Source: Cupriavidus necator
GTDB taxonomy: Bacteria; Pseudomonadota; Gammaproteobacteria; Burkholderiales; Burkholderiaceae
DNA: 32,000 bases
Reading direction: 5' to 3'
NCBI RefSeq assembly: GCF_016127575.1
Contig: NZ_CP066020.1
Location: 360,001-392,000 of the forward strand
Shown here: in pieces, positions 1-8,757 of the stretch
How positions within the stretch are numbered: position 1 is the stretch's first letter
Layout: each line of letters begins with the position of its first letter
Position numbers and translations under genes: made by a program
The notes under the pieces: generated by a model
Told to the model about the DNA's origin: nothing
Seen by the model: only the letters and a program-made list of their open reading frames with translations
Database searches by the model: none

Positions 1-2233
1 GGTACCGCGGCAGGTTGCCGATCTTGGGCACTTCGCGCTTGGCCCCATCCTGCAGGCTTTCGGCAAATTCCCACGTCACCCATTCCAGCACCACAAAGTC
101 GCTGCGGAAACGGTCAATGCCGCGCTCGGCATGCTGCACTGAAGCAAGCCAGTTCGCTTCCAGGTAGCCACGCCGGTAGCCATATGGCTGGGCCGCCGTG
201 CCGTCACCGCCCGTGAACGCGATCAGTCCGAAGATATCGCGCGGATAGCTGGCAATCGGGCTGCCGGTCAGGATATAGCGCCGCTTCGCCGACAGCTGCC
301 AGAGCGCGCGGCTCTGGTCGCTGGCAGGGTTGGACAGGCGCTCACCCTCATCGGCCACCAGCAGGCCGATGCGACGGCGCAGCCGGTGCGCGTACGTGAC
401 GCGGCGCGAGGCCTGCCGGTCGACGGGCATGCGCAAGCGCTCATAGGCGATCAGATTGAGGCGGCCCAGATGCACCAGATCCTCAGGCGACTGAATTACG
501 TGGACGTCCGATGCTGGCATGACTTGCTCCAGTTCGGCACGCATCTCGGCGATCAGGCGTGCCTCGACAACGATGAGGCCGTGCTTCACGCCGGACAGCA
601 GGATCAGGCCCGCCGCGAGACGCGACTTGCCGCAGCCCTGCTCCCACGCGGCCACAGCACCGTTGGGCTTGAGCAGCAGCTCAACCAGGTCTTCCTGTTG
701 GAATTGCCAGTCCAGCCACCGGTCAATGCCCAGCGCCAGCAGCCGCTTGCGCAGCCGCTCGGCCTGCCCGGGATAGCGCACGGCCATCCCCTCGTGCACG
801 ATCTCCCACGCCTGCGCCGATTTCTCGACGCTGTAGCGGGTGGTGATCTCGTCCAACGAGACGACATAACACTTGTCCCGCACCGTGTACTGGTAGCGGC
901 CGTCGGGCTGCCGATCGAAGCGCACCGTCTGGCCGGCCTTGATAACCGGGCCGCCCCAAACCGACGAGTCGACCAGATGCGTCTTCGTGGCCGTACCGAC
1001 GATGGTATCGGCGGCGCCTACGCCGGTCGTCCAGACCGCATGGCGCAAGGGCAACGCCTGACGCATGCTGCGACGCAGACGCTGGCGGAAGTGCTCGAGA
1101 AAGCCCGGTGCAAACTCCGGCTCACCGCCGGCAGACTTCACCATGGCAACGAGCGTCCCCAATGCCCCGATCGGATCAGGCTGCACCAGATAGGCCTCCA
1201 GATCCAGCCGGCCCGTGCCTGCGTAGCGAAAGCCACGGGGCAGGCGCTGGCCCTCCAGCGACACGATGCGGCGCTCCAGCACACGATTGAGCACCATCGC
1301 CTCGACGAACCCGCACTCGAATCCGAGCACGATGCGGCGCCCGTCATGCGAGATGCGTACCCGTTTCTGCGAGGTCACCGGACGCGTGATAGCGGGCCCT
1401 TCGTCATCCAGCAGCTGGTGGCCAAGCCGCGGTTCGCCATAGAGACGATCCTCGGCCTGCAGTTCCAGCGCAGGCAGCGGCTCGGCCAAATCCGACACGG
1501 CTTGCCGCACGAAATCGCGGGCGCGCATGCGGTAGCGCGCGAATACCGCAATGGAGGTGCGCACCTCCGCCCCTTCCTCCCGGAAGGCGCTCGTTGGCAG
1601 GTCGAACACGCCGACCACACGCCTTGCCGCATCGGCGAAGGGTTCGCCGTGGCCGATCACCAGGCCGGCGAACTTGTCGACGAAGGTTGTGGGCAGCAGT
1701 GCCACCACGATCTGCGCCGCGTCGAGTGCCTGGTACAGCCCATATTCATGACTCAGGGCGCTGGTGTTGGCCCCAAATCGGCCCCAGGTAGTGCAGTCGT
1801 AGGGCTTCAGGTGCGGCGACTCCAGATGGATGGAGAACGGCGGGTTAATGAGGGCAACATCGAAGCGCGTCGGATGGATTTCCTCCATGCCGGCGTGCCG
1901 AAAGCTGCCGTCAAAGCCAGCAGCCTCGATGGCATGCTGCACCGCCTCGATCGTTGGTTGGTGCACGTCTACGCCATAGAGGCTGTGCGTGCCCGGGTCC
2001 GCGAACTGCAGCAGGCGGGCCGAGCCGACCGAATTATCGAGTATCGACACCTTCCGGTTAGGCTGCCAGTGGGTTACCGCGCCCCACATCAGGCGGGCAA
2101 TGGCATCGGGCGTGAAAAACTGCGACAGATGGCGCTGACGCGCCGCGTGTAGCTCGCCCTGGTGCGCGATTTTCTCGGCCTGAGAGCCAAGGCTGACAAG
2201 CGCCCGCAAGGGCGCATACCAAGTATTAGACAT
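1..2233 (-). CDS. N6-adenine DNA methyltransferase fused to an SNF2/SF2 helicase. The N-terminal ~744 aa lie in the window; the gene continues past the left edge.
   Basis: My own translation from the ATG at 2233-2231 is an open frame to position 1: MSNTWYAPLRAL... It carries FFTPDAIARLMW, ILDNSVGSARLL (SAM motif I) and LINPPF (motif IV), then WEQGCGKSRLAAG (Walker A-like) and LLVADEGERLSN (motif II). The ORF is missing from the supplied track, which instead shows an antisense shadow ORF at 386..2152. Confidence 0.85.
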   Translation of the reverse strand, partial: MSNTWYAPLRALVSLGSQAEKIAHQGELHAARQRHLSQFFTPDAIARLMWGAVTHWQPNRKVSILDNSVGSARLLQFADPGTHSLYGVDVHQPTIEAVQHAIEAAGFDGSFRHAGMEEIHPTRFDVALINPPFSIHLESPHLKPYDCTTWGRFGANTSALSHEYGLYQALDAAQIVVALLPTTFVDKFAGLVIGHGEPFADAARRVVGVFDLPTSAFREEGAEVRTSIAVFARYRMRARDFVRQAVSDLAEPLPALELQAEDRLYGEPRLGHQLLDDEGPAITRPVTSQKRVRISHDGRRIVLGFECGFVEAMVLNRVLERRIVSLEGQRLPRGFRYAGTGRLDLEAYLVQPDPIGALGTLVAMVKSAGGEPEFAPGFLEHFRQRLRRSMRQALPLRHAVWTTGVGAADTIVGTATKTHLVDSSVWGGPVIKAGQTVRFDRQPDGRYQYTVRDKCYVVSLDEITTRYSVEKSAQAWEIVHEGMAVRYPGQAERLRKRLLALGIDRWLDWQFQQEDLVELLLKPNGAVAAWEQGCGKSRLAAGLILLSGVKHGLIVVEARLIAEMRAELEQVMPASDVHVIQSPEDLVHLGRLNLIAYERLRMPVDRQASRRVTYAHRLRRRIGLLVADEGERLSNPASDQSRALWQLSAKRRYILTGSPIASYPRDIFGLIAFTGGDGTAAQPYGYRRGYLEANWLASVQHAERGIDRFRSDFVVLEWVTWEFAESLQDGAKREVPKIGNLPRY

Positions 2234-2245
2234 GATGGGTTCCAG

Positions 2246-2284
2246 AAAAGAAAAAGCCCCGTCGGTGAAAGTCACTGACGGGGC
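2246..2284 (-). terminator. Rho-independent terminator-like hairpin on the - strand, 12 nt upstream of the MTase-SNF2 start
   Basis: GCCCCGTCGGTGA-AAG-TCACTGACGGGGC forms a 13-bp stem with one G-T pair (2256-2284). It is followed on the - strand by CTTTTTCTTTTC. Confidence 0.55.
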
Positions 2285-2310
2285 GTAAGGGGGATGCAAC
2301 CCGTGGTCGG

Positions 2311-3018
2311 CTATGCGGACTGAGGTGAAATGCCGACGTGCCGCTGGACGAACGCCAGAAGCGTGTCAGCGACTGGCGTGGCGAAGCGCAACTCCCAATA
2401 CTCGTTGTACTGAATGACGTCGAGGCCTGGGAAGGTGCGCCGCTGCTGCGACTCAAACACATCGGCGGGATGGAACTGCGCGAGGCAGCTCGCCAGAACG
2501 GCGTGGCCATTGCGGCGTGCAAAGACCGCGAGTGCAGCGAACGCCTGCGTAACAGGCTCCAACGAGCCGAAATGCAATTGACGCGAGGGCCGCGAGGCAT
2601 CGCTGACCGTCTCCGATATCGCAATGAGCTTGAGCCGAACGAAGACGGTGGAGCGGCGCACGGCCGAACTGCTGGCCAGGCCGAAGGCACGAACGAGTGT
2701 GGCCGCCATCTGCTGCTCGGCTTTCTCCGGCCCATCAGCCTCGTACGTGTCGCGCAGCAGGTTCCAGAAGCGATCCAGGTCCGGCACGACACCGGCCCGG
2801 ATGGCCTCCCAGATATTGGGATAGCCGTCGACAGCCAGGCGTGTTTCGTCGATGGCGATGGGGGCACCGTCGATGCCAAACTCGACGCCGGCCCGCTGGA
2901 TCATCTCGGCGACCTGCTTGCGGCAGAACCGCTTGAGGTCAGCCGACGCTGGCGTCATAGCTTGGAATCCGGAAAGGGTCTCCTCTGCGCGGAATGCCTC
3001 AATGCGTGCGTTGTACAT
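2311..3018 (-). CDS. Hypothetical protein (235 aa), paralog of the gene at 3081..3866
   Basis: ATG start with GGAG 10 nt upstream. It shares blocks with its neighbour: FCR, IRAGVVPDLDRFW vs LRAGKVPDIDGLW, FGL, and FPGLDVIQYNEYWELRFATPVADTLLAF vs YPGLDIVFFKDAWEFKVSHQVADDLMLF. Confidence 0.75.
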   Translation of the reverse strand: MYNARIEAFRAEETLSGFQAMTPASADLKRFCRKQVAEMIQRAGVEFGIDGAPIAIDETRLAVDGYPNIWEAIRAGVVPDLDRFWNLLRDTYEADGPEKAEQQMAATLVRAFGLASSSAVRRSTVFVRLKLIAISETVSDASRPSRQLHFGSLEPVTQAFAALAVFARRNGHAVLASCLAQFHPADVFESQQRRTFPGLDVIQYNEYWELRFATPVADTLLAFVQRHVGISPQSA

Positions 3019-3080
3019 GTACTTCTACTCCAGGAAGACGAGGCGCCCTTAGGCGCCACACGTAAAAGTTTACATGGGGC

Positions 3081-3866
3081 CTACGCGGCTTCCTGCATGA
3101 AGGCCTCGCCGTACTCGCCGAGGAATAGCATCAAATCGTCTGCAACCTGGTGAGAGACCTTGAACTCCCAGGCGTCCTTAAAGAACACGATGTCCAGACC
3201 GGGGTAGCTGAGCTTCTCGCGGTAGTTGTACTCGACGTCGTGCACGTTGACCTGGCTGAGCGCGCCTGCCAGCAGCTGATGACCCGCCTTGGCGGCAAAG
3301 GTGGCGAGGCCAGACAGGCAGTCTGCCGTGCTCTGGTAGCTGTAGTAGCCCACCTTGCGCGCCGTCCGCCGATAGCAGGCTTCGGAGGTGACGTGCTTGC
3401 GCAGGACCACCGCCGAGGCGGTGCGCTTGACTTCGCGCTTGCGGTTGAGGCCGAAGCCGGAAATGATCCGCTGGGCAGCCTGCTGGTAGGCCAGCTCCGC
3501 GCCGCCATGGCCGCCGTAGCGGCGGGCCATCGATGCCCAGAGCCCGTCGATGTCTGGGACCTTCCCAGCCCTCAGGGCTGCGTCGATATCCAGCCCAGCG
3601 CGCTTGTACTCGTCCTCGTGGGCAATATCGAGACGGGCGCCCTGCGGGGCAAACTCGCGCCGGGCGCGATTGACGACGCCGCTGGCGACCGAGCGGCAGA
3701 ACTTCTCCAGCTCTTGCGCCGTACGGTATTCGCTACGGAGTTCAACCGATCGATAGTGGTCAGGGATCGCGGCGACGGTCTCGCGCTCGAAAGCTGCGGC
3801 CGCGGCATACGCGGCGTGGGCTGCTTTCTGGGCGGCGATGAACTGCTCAATGATTTCCTTGTACAT
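3081..3866 (-). CDS. Hypothetical protein (261 aa), paralog of the gene at 2311..3018
   Basis: ATG start, good high-GC third-position codon usage, and the shared sequence blocks listed for 2311..3018. Confidence 0.8.
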   Translation of the reverse strand: MYKEIIEQFIAAQKAAHAAYAAAAAFERETVAAIPDHYRSVELRSEYRTAQELEKFCRSVASGVVNRARREFAPQGARLDIAHEDEYKRAGLDIDAALRAGKVPDIDGLWASMARRYGGHGGAELAYQQAAQRIISGFGLNRKREVKRTASAVVLRKHVTSEACYRRTARKVGYYSYQSTADCLSGLATFAAKAGHQLLAGALSQVNVHDVEYNYREKLSYPGLDIVFFKDAWEFKVSHQVADDLMLFLGEYGEAFMQEAA

Positions 3867-3899
3867 GGTGGTCTCTCAAGAAATGTATAGGAGACCACC
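3867..3899 (-). promoter_or_regulatory. Hairpin abutting the start codon that places the purine-rich SD-like sequence in its 3' arm
   Basis: - strand reads GGTGGTCTC-(15 nt)-GAGACCACC-ATG: a 9-bp perfect stem with a 15-nt loop. Confidence 0.4.
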
Positions 3900-3982
3900 C
3901 GACGGGAGGTCTCCCGAACGGGCCAATAAGGGATAGCAGGCTGACCGGCCGAGTCGCCGATCTCGTCTACCGTAAGGCTGGA

Positions 3983-4465
3983 TCAGTGGAACGCCAGCGC
4001 CGGGCCGGTAGGCATCGGCACGAGACCCAGCGCCAGCCAGTGCGCGACCGGATGATCGGGAAAATCCGGAATCGTTCCAAGTCGGTACAGGGCTGGCACG
4101 TCCAGCAGCTCGCAGTCGCCATCCCGCAGCAAGCGGCGGTAGCGATCGCTCAAGCACAGCCAGGCCAGTTCGGCCCGGGCGGCGTGATCCCACTGCGCAG
4201 GCAAGCGCGACTCATCGAACAGCGCATGGCCTGCCGCATTCATGCAGGCCACCACTTCGTGATAGCGGCCGAAATCGTGGGGGAAGCTCCTGCGCACGAA
4301 TGACAGCACTTCCGGCGCGTGCACGCCGAAGATCCGGCCCAGTTGGCGGATGTACACCGCGCACTCCATTGGAGAGCGCTTGGCATAGTCATCGCTGCCG
4401 ACCTGCGCGCATTCTTCTTCCCACGGTGCGGGACCGACTTCGATTTCGAGGAATTTCTGGAACAT
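3983..4465 (-). CDS. Hypothetical protein (160 aa)
   Basis: Internal ATG of the 229-aa track ORF (MFQKFLEIEVGPAPWEEECAQVG...), preceded by AAGGAAACGCC. The upstream 69 codons of the track ORF are Arg/Pro/Ser-rich junk. Confidence 0.7.
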   Translation of the reverse strand: MFQKFLEIEVGPAPWEEECAQVGSDDYAKRSPMECAVYIRQLGRIFGVHAPEVLSFVRRSFPHDFGRYHEVVACMNAAGHALFDESRLPAQWDHAARAELAWLCLSDRYRRLLRDGDCELLDVPALYRLGTIPDFPDHPVAHWLALGLVPMPTGPALAFH

Positions 4466-4498
4466 GGCGTTTCCTTGGATGTAACTTGGGGAAACGCC
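4466..4498 (-). promoter_or_regulatory. Hairpin abutting the start codon with the SD in its 3' arm
   Basis: - strand reads GGCGTTTCC-(15 nt)-GGAAACGCC-ATG: a 9-bp perfect stem with a 15-nt loop. The geometry is the same as at 3867-3899. Confidence 0.4.
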
Positions 4499-4550
4499 CC
4501 ACCGGGGAGCGTTCCCCGGTGGGTAGTGGATTGGCGGCTGACCAGGACGG

Positions 4551-4760
4551 TCAGCCCGCAGTGGCAGGCTTCTGATCCAGATGCAGCAGCTTCGCGAGAA
4601 GCCAGCTGATGAGAACCAGGAACTCGATTTCGGCAACGAGGTGCAGCTGCATGGCAGCAAGGCGATCGTCACCAGTGGTCACAAGGAAGTACAGCGCCGC
4701 GAACAGATTGATGACGGTCGCGAGAACAGCCAGCGTGCTGATACGGGATGAAATACGCAT
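4551..4760 (-). CDS. Small membrane protein (69 aa, two hydrophobic helices)
   Basis: MRISSRISTLAVLATVINLFAALYFLVTTGDDRLAAMQLHLVAEIEFLVLISWLLAKLL..., with GGAG 7 nt upstream of the ATG at 4760. This is the 3' part of the 260-aa track ORF. Confidence 0.5.
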   Translation of the reverse strand: MRISSRISTLAVLATVINLFAALYFLVTTGDDRLAAMQLHLVAEIEFLVLISWLLAKLLHLDQKPATAG

Positions 4761-4926
4761 GAGAAGGCTCCGAAAACGGGGCCTTCCCCATTGGGAAAAG
4801 CCCCAATGGGTGAAAAAGCAGATGGCCGGTACGCCGGCAGGGTCGATGCGCAGTAGCGCGGAGAGTGGACGAATCTTACCGCGCGTCGAACGCCGGGACA
4901 AGGACCGAACCGCGGGCCACGCAAAC

Positions 4927-5448
4927 TCAGCCGCGCTTTGCCCCGATGCGATCTCGTCGGTTGGCCTCGCGTAGCCGGTCGACCACGGCCCAGCGCCGCT
5001 GCGCAACCTCCTCGGGGTTCTCCAGATTGGAGAAGTCAGGCAATGGGCCATCGTCGAAGGCCTGGTAGTCGTCGGGGATCTTGCCTGTGGCCTTGAGTTC
5101 CGATCGAAGCCGCTTCGATAGCCCGTAGTTGATCTCGGTGATCGCCACGTAGTCCCACCGGGCGGGCAACGCTTGTTCCGAAAACCATACCTCGCCCTCG
5201 CCTGGCGCAACCAGCGCCACCACGTCATAGATTCTGCCCGCCGGCGAGGGCACGGCCCGCACTTCGAAGCGCAGCACCTCGCTACGCGGATGCCAGAAGA
5301 CACGATCCAGATAGCGCCGGAAGGTGAGTGCATCCATCAGCGCGATATCGTCGTAGGACGGATCGCCCGGTGGAATGGCTTCGCGCTCGCCCTTTGGGCG
5401 CGCGCCGAGGGACACCTCGCGGAACTTGAGAATGGGGAGCTCAGACAT
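4927..5448 (-). CDS. Hypothetical protein (173 aa)
   Basis: ATG at 5448 (MSELPILKFREV...) with GGAAAG upstream. The track start at 5472 is a TTG. Composition is protein-like. Confidence 0.7.
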   Translation of the reverse strand: MSELPILKFREVSLGARPKGEREAIPPGDPSYDDIALMDALTFRRYLDRVFWHPRSEVLRFEVRAVPSPAGRIYDVVALVAPGEGEVWFSEQALPARWDYVAITEINYGLSKRLRSELKATGKIPDDYQAFDDGPLPDFSNLENPEEVAQRRWAVVDRLREANRRDRIGAKRG

Positions 5449-5550
5449 GGCTTTCCGTGAAAGACGCGGCAAATTCTAAAGCTTTCGCCTTCAGGTGCGG
5501 CGGAAATCAGCCTGAGAATGATACGCGGCGCAACATGCGCGCCGGCCGCC

Positions 5551-5577
5551 TTGACTTCTCGACGGCCTCGGTATCTT
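5551..5577 (+). promoter_or_regulatory. Promoter-like element TTGACT-N15-TATCTT for the helicase operon
   Basis: CTTGACTTCTCGACGGCCTCGGTATCTT, ending 30 nt before the ATG at 5608. It shares the CTTGACTTC core with the sites at 16498 and 26961. Confidence 0.45.
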
Positions 5578-5607
5578 GGATGTAAGAGCAATCCAAACCT
5601 TCCCGCC

Positions 5608-6057
5608 ATGCGCTTCTCTTGCCTCGAACGCCACACCCCCATCGACTTCAATACCCGTCGCCAGGCCGCCTTCGCGCGCAAACAGCAGCGCGAGCGCGAC
5701 AGGTACCCGCTCTTTGCGGATCACGTGGCCGCCGAGCAGCATTCTCCCGACGAGGAACTTGCCCGTCGGCAACGGCGCTCCGACAACCTTGAAAGGACAA
5801 CGCGCGCCTTGCACGCACGCGTCTGGCGAGAGAAGCGCGCCATCTACTTCTCGCTCTCCGATGAACAACGTGCGGAGATCCGCGCAAAGTGGAAGGCATG
5901 GACCGGGCCTACAACCGCCCTCTACTTCGCCTACATCGTCGACACGGTCAGTGGCGAGTATGAGCGACGCTCGGAAGCCGCACGTGCAGACACACTGGCC
6001 ATCCGCCGACGCGTTCTAGCCTCGCTGCCCGAGCAAACTGCATTGGAGATCGCCTGA
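5608..6057 (+). CDS. Hypothetical protein (149 aa), first gene of the helicase operon
   Basis: ATG at 5608 (MRFSCLERHTPIDF...) lies downstream of the promoter-like motif. Its stop overlaps the helicase start (TGATG at 6055-6059). No clear SD. Confidence 0.6.
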   Translation: MRFSCLERHTPIDFNTRRQAAFARKQQRERDRYPLFADHVAAEQHSPDEELARRQRRSDNLERTTRALHARVWREKRAIYFSLSDEQRAEIRAKWKAWTGPTTALYFAYIVDTVSGEYERRSEAARADTLAIRRRVLASLPEQTALEIA

Positions 6058-7517
6058 TGGTCCCCACCGACGAACAGGCTTCCGTTGTCGACGCGGTCAA
6101 GGCCGGCGGGCCGCTGAAAGTCAAGGCGTATGCGGGCGCCGGCAAGACGTCGACGCTACGCCTGGCTGCCGAGGCCCGCGGCCGCGCGCGAGGGCTGTAT
6201 CTGGCCTTCAACAAGGACATCGCCAACGAGGCTGCCCAGAAATTCCCGCAGAACACCCGCTGCCGTACCGTCCACTCGCTCGCGTACAGCGCCACGCCGC
6301 CGGAACTCACCCGCAAGCTCAAGAACCCGGTCGAGCCGCCGCATCAGCTCGCTTTGCGCTACGGTCTCGCCAAGCTGCGCCTGCCGACGACGATCGGCAA
6401 GGATCTCGAACTGAGCGCCAGCAAGGTCGCCCGAATAGTGATGGACGGCGCGGCGCGTTTCTGCCGCTCCGCACAGGCCGAGCCTCTTGCGTGGCACATT
6501 CCAGTGGAGTCGATCGTGAAGGAGGAGGAGGCCGAGCATCTGCGCGACTCGCTGCTGCCCTACGTCAAGCGGCTCTGGGGTGAATACCTCGACCCCGCTT
6601 CCCCGTCAGCGATCGTTCACGACGTCTACGTAAAGAGGTGGGAGCGCAGCCGGCCGCGCATTGGTGCCGACTTCATCCTGTTCGACGAAGCGCAGGATGC
6701 CGATGGCCTGATGCTGTCGGTGCTGCGCGCGCAGCAGTCCCAGGTCATCTACGTCGGCGACCCGTACCAGCAGATCTACGAATGGCGCGGCGCGGTCAAC
6801 GCCATGGAGCATATTCGTGCACCTGAATGCGCTCTCACCGAATCGTTCCGTTTCGGCCCGGCCATCGCTCAACTGGCCAGCCGCGTGCTGCGGCTCATGG
6901 ACGAGGAAACGCCCGTCCGTGGACAGGACCACGTTGAGTCCCGGATCCTGCACGACTCAACGCCAGGACAGGATCGCTTCGACGCCATCCTGTGCCGCAA
7001 GAACGCGACGGTCCTGACGCACCTTGCCCAGGGCATCGGCCGGGGCGATCGCGTGGCGGTGCGCGCCAACGTCGACGAGCTCCGCGCCTTTGCCGACGGC
7101 GCCGAGCAGCTCATGCGCGGCCAGCGCATCGGCTACCCCGCCACCCTCGCCCTGTTCGAAACGTGGGAAGAGGTCCAGGAATATGCCGAATCGTTCGCCG
7201 GCCGCGACCTGAAGCCCCTCGTCACGTTGATCGACAACGAGGGCGTGGACTATCTGCGCCTGATCCTCACCCGCGTCTCGCCAGAGGATGAGGCCGACTA
7301 CATCGTGTCGACCGTCCACCGGGCCAAGGGCCTCGAATGGGAGCGCGTGCAGCTCGCCGGCGACTTCAAGTTCAAGACCGGCGACGACGGCGAACTCACC
7401 ATGGCACCGGAAGAGATGCGCCTGCTTTACGTCGCCATGACACGCGCGAAGCGCCTGCTCGATGTGAGCGAGATCCGGCGCGACCTCTACACCATGTTCC
7501 GGGAAGCCGGTGTCTAA
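6057..7517 (+). CDS. UvrD/Rep-like superfamily 1 DNA helicase (486 aa)
   Basis: Walker A YAGAGKTSTL, motif II ILFDEAQD, YQQIYEWRGA, and motif VI TVHRAKGLEWERV followed by LLYVAMTRAK. Confidence 0.9.
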   Translation: MVPTDEQASVVDAVKAGGPLKVKAYAGAGKTSTLRLAAEARGRARGLYLAFNKDIANEAAQKFPQNTRCRTVHSLAYSATPPELTRKLKNPVEPPHQLALRYGLAKLRLPTTIGKDLELSASKVARIVMDGAARFCRSAQAEPLAWHIPVESIVKEEEAEHLRDSLLPYVKRLWGEYLDPASPSAIVHDVYVKRWERSRPRIGADFILFDEAQDADGLMLSVLRAQQSQVIYVGDPYQQIYEWRGAVNAMEHIRAPECALTESFRFGPAIAQLASRVLRLMDEETPVRGQDHVESRILHDSTPGQDRFDAILCRKNATVLTHLAQGIGRGDRVAVRANVDELRAFADGAEQLMRGQRIGYPATLALFETWEEVQEYAESFAGRDLKPLVTLIDNEGVDYLRLILTRVSPEDEADYIVSTVHRAKGLEWERVQLAGDFKFKTGDDGELTMAPEEMRLLYVAMTRAKRLLDVSEIRRDLYTMFREAGV

Positions 7518-7527
7518 AGGAGAGACC

Positions 7528-8757
7528 ATGATCACCGTGCGGATTGGCGGGAACGAGTACCCGCTGGATGAGGTTTTGGAAGATCCCGGCCGCTACGCGC
7601 GCCACCTCGAGCGTGCCAAGACGATCCAGGGATTCGCGGAATGCGGCTGCGCAGAGGGCCGGCCGCGGCCCAAACTGGTGATCCGGCGACACCGCGATAT
7701 TTTCCTGCTCGCGCGCTGGCCGGAACAGGCGTTCCGGCACGCCGAAGGATGCCCCTTCCACCGGAAGACCCAGACAACGCCCGGCGCCGCCGACAGTCTC
7801 GACGCATTTCGCATGCGCGATGGCCGCCACGATATCCGCCTCGACGCCTCACTTTCGGTCAGCACCCACACACCGGCCAAAACCGTCCAGCGAACGCCGA
7901 AGGGCCAGTTCACAAAGCCGCAACGGCGATCCGCAGGCCTGCTGGCGCTCCTCGAATTCGCTTGGGAGCAGGCCGGTCTTAATGTCTGGCCTGGTACCGG
8001 TGCCCGCAGCTGGAACGGCTGCTGGTCACAGTTGACGGCCGAACTGGACGATTGCAGGATCAATGGCAAGGACGCCGACGGCCTGCTGCACGTCATGCAG
8101 CGGTGGGACCCGGCGCGGAAGTCCGAAATCCTGGCCGAGTTCGAGGCGTGGCAGGCTAGGCTTTCGCCTACCGCCGCCGGGAATCCCCGCGGCATTCTGA
8201 TCGGCGAAATCGAGTCGCACGCCGCCACCCAGTACGGAGGGAAGGTCGTCCTGCGCCAGAGCACGCAGCGGTTCTTCATGTCCTCGGGACTGTACGAACG
8301 CCTGCAGGCTTCCTTTGGCACCGCGCTGGCCGGCATCGGACGGGCCGAGCAACGGTGTGTCGCTGTCCTGCTCGTTGAGAAGTCCCGCTCGAACTACCTG
8401 ACGGTCGTCGATATTGGCGCCATGCTGGCAAACCGGCAGTTCCTGCCTTGCGACTCCTCCCATGAGGTCGCCATGGCCGATCACCTGGTCGCTCTGCGCC
8501 GGGCATTTCGCAAGCCGCTGCGGCATATCGGCCGAGCGGAGGTACACCCCGACTTCGTCCTGACCGATGTCCAGCCCGAAACGGTCATCGAAGTACTCGG
8601 CATGGCCGGCAATCCCGCGTACGACGCTCGGACGGCGAGCAAGCGCCAGCACTACCAGACTGCCGGCGTTCCATTTCTGGAATGGGATGCGGTAGCCACG
8701 TCGATTTCCAGCGTCCGCGTGCCGCCGGCTGGCACACGGGCAGCCGATGCACGCTGA
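7528..8757 (+). CDS. DUF1173-like protein (409 aa) with an N-terminal CxC...CxxH cluster and a C-terminal PD-(D/E)xK-like segment
   Basis: ATG at 7528 preceded by AAAGGAGAG. ECGCAEG...(35 aa)...GCPFH resembles a SWIM-type metal site. The C-terminal VHPDFVLTDVQPETVIEVLG resembles nuclease motifs II and III. The family assignment is from memory of ICE annotations. Confidence 0.75.
   Translation: MITVRIGGNEYPLDEVLEDPGRYARHLERAKTIQGFAECGCAEGRPRPKLVIRRHRDIFLLARWPEQAFRHAEGCPFHRKTQTTPGAADSLDAFRMRDGRHDIRLDASLSVSTHTPAKTVQRTPKGQFTKPQRRSAGLLALLEFAWEQAGLNVWPGTGARSWNGCWSQLTAELDDCRINGKDADGLLHVMQRWDPARKSEILAEFEAWQARLSPTAAGNPRGILIGEIESHAATQYGGKVVLRQSTQRFFMSSGLYERLQASFGTALAGIGRAEQRCVAVLLVEKSRSNYLTVVDIGAMLANRQFLPCDSSHEVAMADHLVALRRAFRKPLRHIGRAEVHPDFVLTDVQPETVIEVLGMAGNPAYDARTASKRQHYQTAGVPFLEWDAVATSISSVRVPPAGTRAADAR

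Noticed and set aside
386-2152. 588-aa + strand ORF, the longest in the track for this region
   Set aside because: Its composition is Arg/Ala/Gly/His/Leu-rich with no recognisable motifs. The opposite strand encodes a continuous protein with clear methyltransferase and helicase motifs. It is an antisense shadow ORF typical of high-GC DNA.
4761-5333. Upstream 190 codons of the 260-aa - strand track ORF
   Set aside because: It is out of frame with, and overlaps, the well-formed gene at 4927..5448. It is Arg/Trp/Ser/Pro-rich. Only the last 69 codons (4551..4760), with their own SD, look real.
5518-5607. Longer start (5518) for the first gene of the helicase operon
   Set aside because: The promoter-like element at 5551-5577 lies inside this extension, and the extra 30 residues are Arg/Cys/Pro-rich. 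The ATG at 5608 is preferred, although it lacks a clear SD.
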